Below are positions 45,625 through 55,814 of a DNA stretch of 64,000 nucleotides, piece after piece. Within the stretch, counting starts at the first letter, position 1. Every line of letters begins with the position of its first letter. Source of the stretch: Candidatus Latescibacterota bacterium. Its GTDB lineage: Bacteria > Latescibacterota > UBA2968 > SICM01. The stretch is from assembly GCA_965217865.1 (NCBI GenBank), contig CBDCJO010000002.1:5440001-5504000 (forward strand), written 5' to 3'. Both the position numbers and the translations under genes were made by a program. The notes under the pieces were generated by a model that worked only from the letters and a program-made list of their open reading frames with translations, was not told the origin of the DNA and searched no databases.

Positions 45625-47298
45625 TCATAATTTCACCCCGTGATTGTCCGCAAGATACGGATTCGTAAATTCCGTCAATACGTTGATGCACGCCGGTAAT
45701 CCCGAATCGAAAGCCCGCTGTATGGCAGGCCGGATTTCCCGCGGATCTTCCACCAACTCGCCATAGCCCCCCAGGGCCTCTGCAACCTTGTCGTACCTGG
45801 TCATTCCCAACTCCGTACCAAACGTCCTCTCTGGTCCAAATTCCTTTACCTGGTCGTGACGAATGATCCCCCAGTAGCGGTCCGTGCTCACCACCGTTAC
45901 GAATGGGATCTTCTCTTTGACGGCCACATCGTACTCCATCCCCGCGAAACCGAACGAACCGTCCCCTGAAATAAGAATTACCCGCCCCTCGGGTCGGGCA
46001 AGTTTCGCGGCCATTGCGTATGGAATTCCGTTTCCGATTCCCAGAATCGGGCCGACGGTGATCCAGTTTCGGGGATGCCTGGGATGTGCTGCGATCTTCG
46101 CCCATTGGCCTACATCCCCGCCATCGGAAACAATGACGTCGCTTTCTTCCATGAACTCGAACACCTCACGGCAGAGTCGTAACGGATGGACCGGCGTTCG
46201 ATCAGATCGGGCTGCCATATCCCACAGGTCACGCACCTCCCTTTCAAAATCGTTCAACTCTGAAATCCAGGGATTGCGATCCCACTCGAATCGCTTCGAT
46301 TCAACGATCAGGTCCAGAAGCGCGGATCTGGAATTTGCAACGATGCCGACATCCACCGGCAGCCTCTCCCCCAGATCCTCCGGGGATTCCTCCACCCGAA
46401 TGATCTTGGCGTCGGACGGAAAAAACGGAGGCCTCCCAAATCCCGAGCGAAAATCGATCCGCATACCAAGGACCATAACCACGTCGGCCGTCCCGATCCG
46501 TCTTGCAACCGGGTTGACCCGCGTCGATCCCAGCCCGGCGTAAAGCGCATGGGGATAAGAGACACATCCCAGGTCGTCCTCCTTAGAAAAATATGGTATT
46601 TTTGTATGATCCGTGAAACGGCGCAGGGCCTGCTCGCCGTGGGACCAGGCCACTCCTCTGCCCGCCAGGACCACAGGCCGCTTCGCCTGATGCAAAAGGG
46701 AAACGGCCTTCTGAATCAAGGCGGGATCCGATCGCATGTCCGCTCCCGTTCGGGTTCTATGGACTGGAATTGCTGCTGCCTCGGATTCATCGCACATTCC
46801 CCCCAGAATATCCCCCGGGATATCCAGGTGCACCGGACCCGGCTTTCCGACAAGGGCGTGCCGGTACGCCGATGACACATATTCGGGAATCCGCGAGGCA
46901 TTCAAAACCATCCTGCTCCACTTTACGATCGGTCTTGCAACCGAGATGTGATCCATCTCCTGCATGGGGCCAAGATCGAACGCCGCGGCATCGGTATGTC
47001 CGCTGATGAACAACATCGGATTGTCGGCGAAGTGGGCGGTGGCAACACCGGAGAGGGCATTCAGCACCCCGGGGCCTGTTGTTACGACACAGACACCCGG
47101 CTTCCCGGTCAATTTTCCCCATGCGTCAGCCATGTAAGCGGCTGAATGTTCGTGGCGCGTGATCAAGATCCGAATCCCATGTTCGGCGCACGCATTGTAG
47201 ATCGGGACGATGGAGCCTCCCGACAGGGAAAAGATGACCTCTACCCCTTCCCTCTTGAGTCCCCTTACAAGCAGATCGCCGCCGGTTACCTGATCCAT
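45625..47298 (-). CDS. Thiamine pyrophosphate-binding enzyme (acetolactate synthase / 2-hydroxyacyl-CoA lyase-like)
   Basis: RHE.SA..MA, TTGPG..N, PGPV.LDIP.D, GDGSFG ThDP motif. Confidence 0.92.
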   Translation of the reverse strand: MDQVTGGDLLVRGLKREGVEVIFSLSGGSIVPIYNACAEHGIRILITRHEHSAAYMADAWGKLTGKPGVCVVTTGPGVLNALSGVATAHFADNPMLFISGHTDAAAFDLGPMQEMDHISVARPIVKWSRMVLNASRIPEYVSSAYRHALVGKPGPVHLDIPGDILGGMCDESEAAAIPVHRTRTGADMRSDPALIQKAVSLLHQAKRPVVLAGRGVAWSHGEQALRRFTDHTKIPYFSKEDDLGCVSYPHALYAGLGSTRVNPVARRIGTADVVMVLGMRIDFRSGFGRPPFFPSDAKIIRVEESPEDLGERLPVDVGIVANSRSALLDLIVESKRFEWDRNPWISELNDFEREVRDLWDMAARSDRTPVHPLRLCREVFEFMEESDVIVSDGGDVGQWAKIAAHPRHPRNWITVGPILGIGNGIPYAMAAKLARPEGRVILISGDGSFGFAGMEYDVAVKEKIPFVTVVSTDRYWGIIRHDQVKEFGPERTFGTELGMTRYDKVAEALGGYGELVEDPREIRPAIQRAFDSGLPACINVLTEFTNPYLADNHGVKL

Positions 47299-47758
47299 AG
47301 AAAATCCGAGACCTTCCCAATAAACCTTTCAAACAAACCCTTATATGCTTCCCCGATAGTATCGCATTTTCCCACTTCCATAAAAAGCCGTCGTCCGACA
47401 GAAGCGGTGTAGGTTTCATCCAGGGTTCCTGAGATCCTGAACGGATATTCGTGGATTCCGAGGTTCATGATATCGATCGAAACCCCTTTCAACGATCGTT
47501 TAAGATGACCAACAGATCCGTTTTCGGCTCGCAGGTTCCGGTTGGAATGAACAGCGAAAATTCAAACCGGATATTCTCCTCCCAGATCCGGTCCTCCTCC
47601 AGCAGGAGGGGATAAGATGAAGATTCGAATCGGATGCGCTCAACCCGGCGACCATTCCCCTCCAGCGGTTCAGAATTCTTCCGACGGTACGCATCATACA
47701 ACTTACTGGCATCAAAACGAATTTCAGTTGATGGACCGGTCAAAAACAGTGACTCCAT
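47286..47758 (-). pseudogene. Two short out-of-frame ORFs, probably remnants of one gene
   Basis: 47489..47758 and 47286..47492 abut with a frame change; a promoter-like element lies directly upstream. Confidence 0.4.
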
Positions 47759-47775
47759 CGAAAGAAGTGATCTCC

Positions 47776-47804
47776 AGCTTATAAATCACTGAAAAAAATG
47801 TCAA
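47776..47804 (-). promoter_or_regulatory. Sigma70-type promoter
   Basis: Minus strand TTGACA-N17-TAAGCT. Confidence 0.45.
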
Positions 47805-47944
47805 GTGAATAATAGAATGATATTGGATTCCTCGAGTCAAACACCAGGAGGGATCGAGTTTTAAGCTTAGGATATTCCCGGAAGTCAAAACAAAATACGA
47901 GGGACCTAACAAACTGATTCCTTGATCTTTATGACCCTTTGGGC

Positions 47945-47973
47945 TTGACTTCCAATGAGACATGGCGTATTAT
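47945..47973 (+). promoter_or_regulatory. Sigma70-type promoter
   Basis: TTGACT-N17-TATTAT. Confidence 0.55.
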
Positions 47974-48133
47974 TTCCTAAGTCCCTTTAGCGTGGTGGAA
48001 AGGCTGCTCTTGGGTAGTTTTTGGGGCCATATTTAGTCCTCAACAATTCCGCATCTATCCCCTGAGATGCAATAATATACACAGGAGGCATTGACTCTCC
48101 CCCGACCCCCTTGATGCAAAAAAGGAGTCGGCC

Positions 48134-49504
48134 ATTTTTAAATACCGCTGGACTGTTATCCCACTGCTGATGTTTCTGTGTGCCGAATCGGGTTATACAC
48201 AGGAAGAAGAAGAAGAGCAGTACGAGACTTCGGGCGTAAAGGCTATCATGTCCGGGATATTCGGGACAGTCACCGTTGATGGGGCTCAGTGGCAACGGAT
48301 GGCCCTCCGACCCCTATTTACCGCCGGTAGATTCGAAGCTTTATTCGACATCGAACTATTTATCGACGAGAGGGGTCAGTTCCGGGACCGGGGGTGGAAC
48401 TTTGACTCGGGCACCCAAGGTTTTGAAAGCATCCTGAGGAAAATCTCGTATCTTCAATTCGGAGGGTTGGACTGGGAGGATCCCTTTTATCTCCGTATCG
48501 GGTCGCTTGAAGATGTCACCCTGGGTTACGGCCTGATTTTGAGCGGATATCGGAATACCCTGGAGGCCCCGGGCGTCAAAAAAACCGGTCTGGATATAGC
48601 CGTTCGGGGAATATCATCCTGGAGTTTCGGAATCCGTGCGATCATCAACGATTTTGTCGATCTGTCCAAAGGAGGTCCCTTGGTCGGGGTCCGGGTTTCA
48701 GCGCGACCGGTTTTTCGTCCCCAGGACATGGAAGTTGGACGCCTCGAGTTTGGCATGACAGGGGTTTCGGACATCGACCAATATGAAGGTCTCCGGAATT
48801 CACTGCCGGTTCCCCGGCCACCCAGAGACGGAATCACCATGGCGGGTCTCGATGCATCCTATCTGATCTGGGACCGCGAATTTTCTGAATTGATCCTTTA
48901 CGGACAGTATGCCCGCATCGTTGAAGGGGACGGCATTAAAGGGGAAGGATTCGGCGCCCCAGGACTCAAACTCAAGCTCGGTCCGTTGAAAGGCAGGGCC
49001 GAATATCGCCAGTTTTCCGACCAGTTCCGGCCTCAGTACTTCAACGATCTCTACGAAAACGCGAGAGCCCGTTACGACGAAACGAATAACCTGGCCATCC
49101 CCAAGACCGCGACACTGTCCGATACCTCCATGAAAGGAATATACGGACAGGCCTCGCTGTCTCTTGGACCTCTCATGACGGCTTCGGCCTCTTACCAGCA
49201 CCTGAAAGGCCAGGGTGCTTCCAACCAGAGACTCCTCGGAATGGCATCCCTGAACGCCGCATTTCTTGGAAAAGTCCCATATTTCAGCCAGGCGTCGGCC
49301 TATTACGAGAAATATAACATCGATACCCGCCAGGCGAGATTCTTTGATAGCACGCTCGATACCTTCTACGGATATATCCTGAGCATCGACATCTCCCAGG
49401 ACGTATCGGTGATATGGGACACGCGACACACCTTCAGTCCCGGGACCACGACCCCTCTCAAAAGAAATAAGTTATTAAACATACAGGCTGTTGCGCACTT
49501 TTAA
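48134..49504 (+). CDS. Hypothetical outer-membrane beta-barrel protein
   Basis: LRIGSL..VTLGYG, F.PQYF...YE, terminal Phe. Signal peptide is complete only from ATT 48134; first ATG is at 48170. Confidence 0.75.
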   Translation: MFKYRWTVIPLLMFLCAESGYTQEEEEEQYETSGVKAIMSGIFGTVTVDGAQWQRMALRPLFTAGRFEALFDIELFIDERGQFRDRGWNFDSGTQGFESILRKISYLQFGGLDWEDPFYLRIGSLEDVTLGYGLILSGYRNTLEAPGVKKTGLDIAVRGISSWSFGIRAIINDFVDLSKGGPLVGVRVSARPVFRPQDMEVGRLEFGMTGVSDIDQYEGLRNSLPVPRPPRDGITMAGLDASYLIWDREFSELILYGQYARIVEGDGIKGEGFGAPGLKLKLGPLKGRAEYRQFSDQFRPQYFNDLYENARARYDETNNLAIPKTATLSDTSMKGIYGQASLSLGPLMTASASYQHLKGQGASNQRLLGMASLNAAFLGKVPYFSQASAYYEKYNIDTRQARFFDSTLDTFYGYILSIDISQDVSVIWDTRHTFSPGTTTPLKRNKLLNIQAVAHF

Positions 49505-49545
49505 AAATCCGCCCCATTTCACAAACCCGCCTACCGTGAAATCTG

Positions 49546-50700
49546 ATGCGCGCCGTATACCTCGATCATAATTCAACCACCCCCCTCAGGCCGGAAGTCA
49601 CCGAGGCCATGCTCCCCTACCTTGGACAGCTCTTCGGGAACGCGTCGAGCGTACACGCATTCGGCCGTGAGGCCCGTGTTGCGGTCGAGGAGGCAAGGGA
49701 GACTGTGGCAGGGGCAATCGGGGCAGATCCCGCTGAAATCCTGTTTACAAGCGGGGGAACAGAATCAGACAACACGGCCATCCTCGGGACTGCCTATAGC
49801 CTCCGCGATAAGGGAAAACATATCATCACCTCGGCCGTCGAACATCACGCGGTCCTGCATACCTGCCGGTTCCTTTCAGAAAACGGTTTCGATTTAACTG
49901 TTCTTCCCGTCGATTCCTATGGGCGGGTTGACCCCGATGACGTACGGAAGGCCATCTCGGCGGACACGGTGTTGATCTCGATTATGCACGGAAACAACGA
50001 GATCGGCACGCTCCAATCTGTGGCGGAGATCAGCGCCATAGGGCGCGAACGCGAAGTCCTGCTTCACACTGACGCGGTCCAAACATTCGGAAAGATCGAC
50101 GTGGACGTAGATGCCCTTGGTGTGGATCTGCTTTCGATTTCCGCTCATAAAATTTACGGACCCAAGGGCATTGGGGGGCTCTATATCCGTCGGAAAACGC
50201 CCTTCTCTCCAATTTTTCACGGGGGCTCCCATGAGTCCGGTCGCCGACCGGGTACCGAGAATGTGGCAGGCATTGTGGGATTTGCCAAAGCAATCGAACT
50301 GGCCGCACTGGACCGCACCCAACAGGCCGTTCACTTGAACGTCCTCACGCGCGCGCTATGGTCGGGGATATCTTCCCGGATCGACAGGGTCCGGCTTAAT
50401 GGCCATCCGACAGATCGACTTCCCAACACCCTCAACGTCTCATTCTTTGCAGCAGAGGGAGAATCCCTCATCCTCAGCCTTGATCTAGACGGGGTGGCAA
50501 CTTCCAGCGGGTCCGCGTGTACATCCGGGACGGAGGAACCATCTCACGTTCTGATGGCTCTGGGAATCGAACCCAGGCTCGCTCAGAGTTCCGTACGTTT
50601 CAGCTTTGGCAGGGACAACATGATGGAGGACGTTGACTACATCCTCGAAGTACTTCCGCCGATAGTGAAACGCCTCCGAGAGATCTCCGTCTTTGCGTGA
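49546..50700 (+). CDS. iscS: Cysteine desulfurase (NifS/IscS type)
   Basis: YLDHNSTT, FTSGGTES, NNEIG, HTDAVQ, SAHK.YGPKG, SSGSAC. Confidence 0.93.
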   Translation: MRAVYLDHNSTTPLRPEVTEAMLPYLGQLFGNASSVHAFGREARVAVEEARETVAGAIGADPAEILFTSGGTESDNTAILGTAYSLRDKGKHIITSAVEHHAVLHTCRFLSENGFDLTVLPVDSYGRVDPDDVRKAISADTVLISIMHGNNEIGTLQSVAEISAIGREREVLLHTDAVQTFGKIDVDVDALGVDLLSISAHKIYGPKGIGGLYIRRKTPFSPIFHGGSHESGRRPGTENVAGIVGFAKAIELAALDRTQQAVHLNVLTRALWSGISSRIDRVRLNGHPTDRLPNTLNVSFFAAEGESLILSLDLDGVATSSGSACTSGTEEPSHVLMALGIEPRLAQSSVRFSFGRDNMMEDVDYILEVLPPIVKRLREISVFA

Positions 50701-50771
50701 CTTGCTGCACCCGGGTCAATCCTCACCCTCACCCGATATTTTCTTCGGTCAACCCAAAGAGACATCTCAAC

Positions 50772-51893
50772 GTGGTGACAAAAGAACTTATCCTGGAAGC
50801 GCTCAGGGGGGTAATCGAACCAGATCTCAAGCGGGACATTGTGTCTTTGGACATGGTTCGAAACCTGACCATCCGGGACGGCGAAGTGAGCTTGGATATA
50901 GCCTTGACCACCCCCGCCCACCCTCAAAAGGCACAAATACGCGAAAAAGTTGAAAACGCTGTCAGAGATCTCCAGGGCGTGAACCGTGTTGACGTGAACC
51001 TCACTGCCACGGTCACGCACGGGCCGCCACCCAGCAACAGGCCCCCTTTACCCGGCGTCAAGAATATCGTCGCTGTGGCCAGCGGAAAGGGCGGAGTCGG
51101 GAAATCCACGGTGGCGGCCAACCTCGCCGTCGCCTTAGGTCAATCCGGCGCAGCCGTTGGCTTGATGGACTCCGACATTTATGGGCCGAATATCCCGATT
51201 ATGATGGGAATCAAACAACGGCCTGATGCCGAAGAGGATAAGATCATCCCGCTCGAAGCCCACGGCGTCAAGCTCATGTCGATGGGCTTCATCAGTGGAG
51301 ACAACGTTCCGGTCATATGGCGTGGGCCCATGGTGACAAAAATGATCGAGAAATTTCTCCACAATGTATCCTGGGGTGATCTCGATTACCTGATCCTCGA
51401 CCTTCCTCCCGGAACGGGGGATGTGCAGATTACAATCCGTCAATCCGTGGATGTTATAGGGGCAGTGATCGTCACCACACCGCAAAACCTGGCCCTTGAA
51501 GATGTGAAGCGCGGAATCCTGATGTTTCAGCAGGTCGAGGTCCCGATCCTGGGGCTAATCGAAAACATGAGCTTTTTTAACTGTCCAAAGTGCCAGAGCC
51601 GAAGCGATATTTTCGGTCACCATGGCGGCCGGGAGATGAGCGAACAGATGGGAATCCCTTTCCTGGGCGAGATCCCCCTGGATGGCCAGATCCGCGATGC
51701 GGGAGACATCGGCGTTCCAATCACGGTCGGACAACCCGACTCCGCAACCGCCCGGACTTTCCAGGATATCGTGGGGAAACTGGCTTCAAGCATCAGCATC
51801 GTCAATGCGGCGCGAATAGAACAGGAGAAAGGCCGGCAGGTCGAACGGATGGAGCAGGAGAAACTGAATGCGGGTTTGCAGATGCTGGAATAA
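50772..51893 (+). CDS. mrp: Mrp/ApbC Fe-S cluster carrier ATPase with N-terminal DUF59
   Basis: V.EPDL..DIV, SGKGGVGKST, D.DIYGP, WRGP, DLPPGTGD, ENMS.F.CP.C. Confidence 0.93.
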   Translation: MVTKELILEALRGVIEPDLKRDIVSLDMVRNLTIRDGEVSLDIALTTPAHPQKAQIREKVENAVRDLQGVNRVDVNLTATVTHGPPPSNRPPLPGVKNIVAVASGKGGVGKSTVAANLAVALGQSGAAVGLMDSDIYGPNIPIMMGIKQRPDAEEDKIIPLEAHGVKLMSMGFISGDNVPVIWRGPMVTKMIEKFLHNVSWGDLDYLILDLPPGTGDVQITIRQSVDVIGAVIVTTPQNLALEDVKRGILMFQQVEVPILGLIENMSFFNCPKCQSRSDIFGHHGGREMSEQMGIPFLGEIPLDGQIRDAGDIGVPITVGQPDSATARTFQDIVGKLASSISIVNAARIEQEKGRQVERMEQEKLNAGLQMLE

Positions 51894-52011
51894 GAACGTG
51901 AAGCGTAGCGCCGGATAGAATTTCGTTGTGTCGATCCAGAAGGCGCGATGATCTCGCCTCAATCTTCATTCTCCTCTTCCCCTGTCCACTGGCTTTTGCA
52001 TTTTCCATTTT

Positions 52012-52716
52012 TCACTTTACAATTCTATTCCCCCTCCTTCCGCGTTTCCCTATCTTCTCCAGCATTCGCAAAGTCTCCGGAGCTTCGGGTTTTCCTCCCG
52101 AAAGGGAGATCGCTTTCATGTGTACTGCGAGAAAGTCGAGTTCCTCAGGGGTGTCCACATCGTACCACGGGGGAAGCATGGAGAGACTTGCGTTGATTGA
52201 CCCGATCCGCTCCAGGGTCTGCCCCAAAACGCGATCGGTGCTCCACGCCACTTTGTGGAAAATCTTCGGATAGGGACGCGACGCTCCGATCAGATAGTAT
52301 CCTCCGTCCATGCTCGGTCCCAATACCAGATCGCGTGTCATCAAACCACCGAACGCCTCCGATACTATCGTCGGGGGTAATGATGGGCTGTCGGCTCCTA
52401 CCAGCACTGTCTTGTCGGCCCCCTCGGCAAAGCTCAGGTTGAACGCCTCCGCCATTCGGGCCCCCAGATCACCTTCCCCCTGTTGTTGCAGTTCCCAACC
52501 CATTCCCGCAATCCCCCGAATTGCCTTCTCACCATCCATCGGCGCATAAAATATTGTTCGGCGTTCGCACGGGACTTTTGCTCCGTTGCTCAAGACATCT
52601 ATGATGAAGGCCTTGCAAAACGCCGCGGCCTGTTGGGGGGTATATTGTTCGTGGAGTCGGGTCTTTACGCTTCCGGGAACCGGTGCCTTTGCAAATACGA
52701 TCAGATGACGGTTCAT
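52012..52716 (-). CDS. DUF2064 / TIGR04282-type GT-A-fold protein
   Basis: FAKAP.PG.VKTRL, Q.EGDLG.RM, G.D.P.L, GP..DGGYYLIG, DVDT.E.L. Confidence 0.85.
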   Translation of the reverse strand: MNRHLIVFAKAPVPGSVKTRLHEQYTPQQAAAFCKAFIIDVLSNGAKVPCERRTIFYAPMDGEKAIRGIAGMGWELQQQGEGDLGARMAEAFNLSFAEGADKTVLVGADSPSLPPTIVSEAFGGLMTRDLVLGPSMDGGYYLIGASRPYPKIFHKVAWSTDRVLGQTLERIGSINASLSMLPPWYDVDTPEELDFLAVHMKAISLSGGKPEAPETLRMLEKIGKRGRRGNRIVK

Positions 52717-52770
52717 TCCTGCTCAAAGCCTTTAAATGCCGAAACCCATTCGCGGACTTCCTCAATGGCA

Positions 52771-53523
52771 TCACTCAAACGATTTTTTTGCGAGAACGAT
52801 CATGCTCGCGGAATTCCAGGAAAACGCTCCACCCTCGAAGTCTCCCCATACTCCGTCTACAGCCAACCCACTTGCCGAAAGAAGCATGTCAAGTTCCGTG
52901 AAGGTATAGAGGCGGATATCGTGATGTAAGCGGGTCTCCGTCCCATCCTTGATTACCGTCACATCGACCGTGGATCGAGCCGACACAGGATCGAACATCC
53001 GCTCCTCGATCACGATCATCCCATCAGGGCGATACACTTGGGTGGGTCGGAAATGCCGAACGATCGCATCTCTGTTGACGGTCTGGATCAGAACCGCCCC
53101 CCCGAGTTTTAAAGATCCCCTGATTTCACCCAGCACATGAAAATTTTCGGTTTCATCGAAGTACCCAATGGATGTGAACATGCTGATCACGGCATCGCAG
53201 CACCCTTCAAAGGGCAAATGGCGCATGTCCCCCCGGACCAGGGACGGAATCGCCCCGTCCGCGTTCTTAAGACCCGGGAGACTTTTTTGAGCTTCCTTGA
53301 GCAAAGCCGGGGATAGGTCGAAACCCACAAGATCGAGACCCTGACTTGCCATGGGGATGGTATGCCTACCGTATCCACAACAGAGGTCCAGGACTCGCAT
53401 ATTCGGTTTTAGCCCCAGCGTCTCGACAATGAATGCCACTTCTTTCGCGGTGTCCGGATGGTCGTCGAACAGGAGGTATTCCTCTCTGAAAAACCGACGG
53501 AACCATGGTTCTTGTTCACTCAC
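52771..53523 (-). CDS. Class I SAM-dependent methyltransferase
   Basis: VLDLCCGYGRH, GDMR, FTSIGYF, RLYT..EL. Confidence 0.88.
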   Translation of the reverse strand: MSEQEPWFRRFFREEYLLFDDHPDTAKEVAFIVETLGLKPNMRVLDLCCGYGRHTIPMASQGLDLVGFDLSPALLKEAQKSLPGLKNADGAIPSLVRGDMRHLPFEGCCDAVISMFTSIGYFDETENFHVLGEIRGSLKLGGAVLIQTVNRDAIVRHFRPTQVYRPDGMIVIEERMFDPVSARSTVDVTVIKDGTETRLHHDIRLYTFTELDMLLSASGLAVDGVWGDFEGGAFSWNSASMIVLAKKSFE

Positions 53524-53691
53524 GGGTCTCCCCTAACGGTTCAGGAAGTATGCTAACGTGCCCTCCTTTTAAAGGATGGCTCGCGAACCGCTCCTACACA
53601 AATAAGTATCCACTCGAAAAAAAAAGAGAAGGGGCATACAGGATAAGAGCACGCCCCTTAATGGTCATACACTACGATTTAAATGTTCGAT

Positions 53692-54492
53692 TCAATCGAT
53701 CACAAACAGGACTTTTCCCAAAGCCAGAAATCCACGAGCCGCGTCGCGGACATTCTGTGAATCTTCGGCAGATAGGATCACATCCGTTTTGTTTTTACCT
53801 GCTCCCCGGAGACTTTTCGCGATGAGGGGATTCGTTCCTCCTCTCAAGTTCCTCCTGGCGCTTTCAAGATCCTTTACATAGCCGACGACCCCCTTTTCCA
53901 CAGCTTCGGCCCGGGTAAGAAACGATGCCCCGTAGATAATCGTTTCTTTGTCATCGATCAATTTCGGGGAAAGGGAGGCGGCTAGATGGAGCCCCCTGGT
54001 GTCGATGATCAGTCCGGTATACCCCTCAGGATAGGTTTCTTCGGTAAGGGGTGGGGATGGGGAGAATCCCTCCATCGGGAGCACCAGGTCTGCCAGTCCG
54101 CTGCGATGTATCTCAATAGCGAGAGAAATAGAACCGTCCTTCAGATACTCGGGAGGGCCTACTCGCCGTGCCCCGCGTAAAAGGGATTCGACCCGATCCC
54201 GAACGACCTCGTTTTCATCGACGAGGTCCTGAACGGTCGTCTCTGCGTTAATAGGCAGGTTGTAAACAAGCCATCCCAGTTTTTTCTGAGCATCAACGAT
54301 GGCCCCCCGGATGGCAATCGTTCTTGCGTGGGCTATATTTGTGGGATTGGGAGGGGGTTCACCGACCCCAACGGCCTTGATGGTGTTGGAATCCCAATCG
54401 TTCCCGAGGGCGAGTGGGGGGGTCTGGGAAAAGAGGGGAACTCCTGTGACAAGGGGATATAGGAAGACGGCAACGATCGTGAATTTCAACAT
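53692..54492 (-). CDS. Exported LPP20-like protein
   Basis: Signal peptide, A.G.G..P, A.R.A..DA...L, TTV.D, YTGLIID.RG, PL. Confidence 0.7.
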   Translation of the reverse strand: MLKFTIVAVFLYPLVTGVPLFSQTPPLALGNDWDSNTIKAVGVGEPPPNPTNIAHARTIAIRGAIVDAQKKLGWLVYNLPINAETTVQDLVDENEVVRDRVESLLRGARRVGPPEYLKDGSISLAIEIHRSGLADLVLPMEGFSPSPPLTEETYPEGYTGLIIDTRGLHLAASLSPKLIDDKETIIYGASFLTRAEAVEKGVVGYVKDLESARRNLRGGTNPLIAKSLRGAGKNKTDVILSAEDSQNVRDAARGFLALGKVLFVID

Positions 54493-54547
54493 CGATTTAC
54501 ACCATGCAGAAAAATCGATCCGGTTATCGTATTGCCCCGATTGTCTG

Positions 54548-54576
54548 AAATTATAGTCTCATCCACACCCTGTCAA
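54548..54576 (-). promoter_or_regulatory. Sigma70-type promoter
   Basis: Minus strand TTGACA, then TATAAT at 15 nt or TAATTT at 17 nt. Confidence 0.45.
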
Positions 54577-54611
54577 GCGGATTCTGTACCTGGTTAATGG
54601 CTGTTGAAGAC

Positions 54612-54633
54612 AAAAAAAAACGCCCATAGGGCG
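54612..54633 (-). terminator. Intrinsic terminator after tRNA-Gly
   Basis: CGCCC-TAT-GGGCG followed by T9 on the minus strand. Confidence 0.75.
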
Positions 54634-54639
54634 ATTCAA

Positions 54640-54714
<75 letters not shown>

Positions 54715-54736
54715 TCATTGGTTCGTTATCAAATTA

Positions 54737-54765
54737 AAGATAAGCTATCCCTTTTTTGAAGTCAA
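54737..54765 (-). promoter_or_regulatory. Sigma70-type promoter of tRNA-Gly
   Basis: Minus strand TTGACT-N17-TATCTT. Confidence 0.6.
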
Positions 54766-54828
54766 TCAGAAAACGAGACGGGATCCGGGATTCGCACATC
54801 TGTGTTCAACTTATATATTATCAACTCT

Positions 54829-55746
54829 TTATTCATGCTTTTTGTTAAGAGCCGATAGGACCTCCCCTACGAGATTCGCCGAGAAAGCATTCAACCACTG
54901 AACACGACTTTCGCCACGCAGCCAAGTCATCTGGCGCTTGGCATAACGGCGCGATTCTTTCTGGATCTCCCGCACCGCCTCGGCCAGCGGAATCCTTCCT
55001 TCCAGAAAAGCGAAAACTTCCCGATAACCAAAAGTACCAACTGCCGAATTTTCCGGAACATATCCCCGGCTACGAAGCCGAATCGTCTCTTCAACCAGGC
55101 CTTGCTGCACCATACGCTCCGCCCTATCCTCAATCCGCTCATAGAGATCGGACATCTCCATTCGAAGTCCGAGAACAACAGACTCCCCCTCGAACTTGCC
55201 CCTTCGAGGTTTGGTCTGCCAAAAAGAAAGCGGATCTCCGGTTACCTCGTAGATCTCAAGGCCCCGCACGATCCGTTGCCGATCTGTGGGGTGTATCCGC
55301 TTAGCGAAAATTGGATCGACTTCCTGAAGCCGTTTGAATAAAATCGCCAAATCCGATTTTGCCTCAGCTCGGATTCTCTCCCGCACTTTCCCATTTACGT
55401 CGGGCATCGGGGAGAGGCCATCGAGAAGGCTACGTATGTAAAGACCGCACCCCCCCACCACGATGGGCAAACGGCCTCGAGCCTGGATATCCCCGATAAC
55501 TGATAGGGCATCCCGGCGGAAACGGCCAGCGTTATAACGATCACAAGGATCCACAAAATCGATCAGATGATGCGAGACCATTTGCCTCTGAGAGGGTGTG
55601 GGCTTGGCCGTCCCGGTGTCCATATGCCGATATATCTGCCTGGAATCCGCCGACACGATCTCCCCATCCAGGAGCCCGGCGATGCGGATGCCCACCTCGG
55701 TCTTTCCGGTCGCCGTGGGACCTGTAATTACCAGTAAGGGTGCCAA
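54829..55746 (-). CDS. miaA: tRNA dimethylallyltransferase
   Basis: GPTATGKT, SADSRQIY..MD.GTAKP, HHLID, VGG.GLY, GY.E, RRYAKRQ.TW. Confidence 0.96.
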   Translation of the reverse strand: MAPLLVITGPTATGKTEVGIRIAGLLDGEIVSADSRQIYRHMDTGTAKPTPSQRQMVSHHLIDFVDPCDRYNAGRFRRDALSVIGDIQARGRLPIVVGGCGLYIRSLLDGLSPMPDVNGKVRERIRAEAKSDLAILFKRLQEVDPIFAKRIHPTDRQRIVRGLEIYEVTGDPLSFWQTKPRRGKFEGESVVLGLRMEMSDLYERIEDRAERMVQQGLVEETIRLRSRGYVPENSAVGTFGYREVFAFLEGRIPLAEAVREIQKESRRYAKRQMTWLRGESRVQWLNAFSANLVGEVLSALNKKHE

Positions 55747-55814
55747 TCTCGAACCTCTTTGGAGTACAGGTAAGCGGGAGAAAAGGGAATAGGCTACGAG
55801 CGCCGTACGACCAG

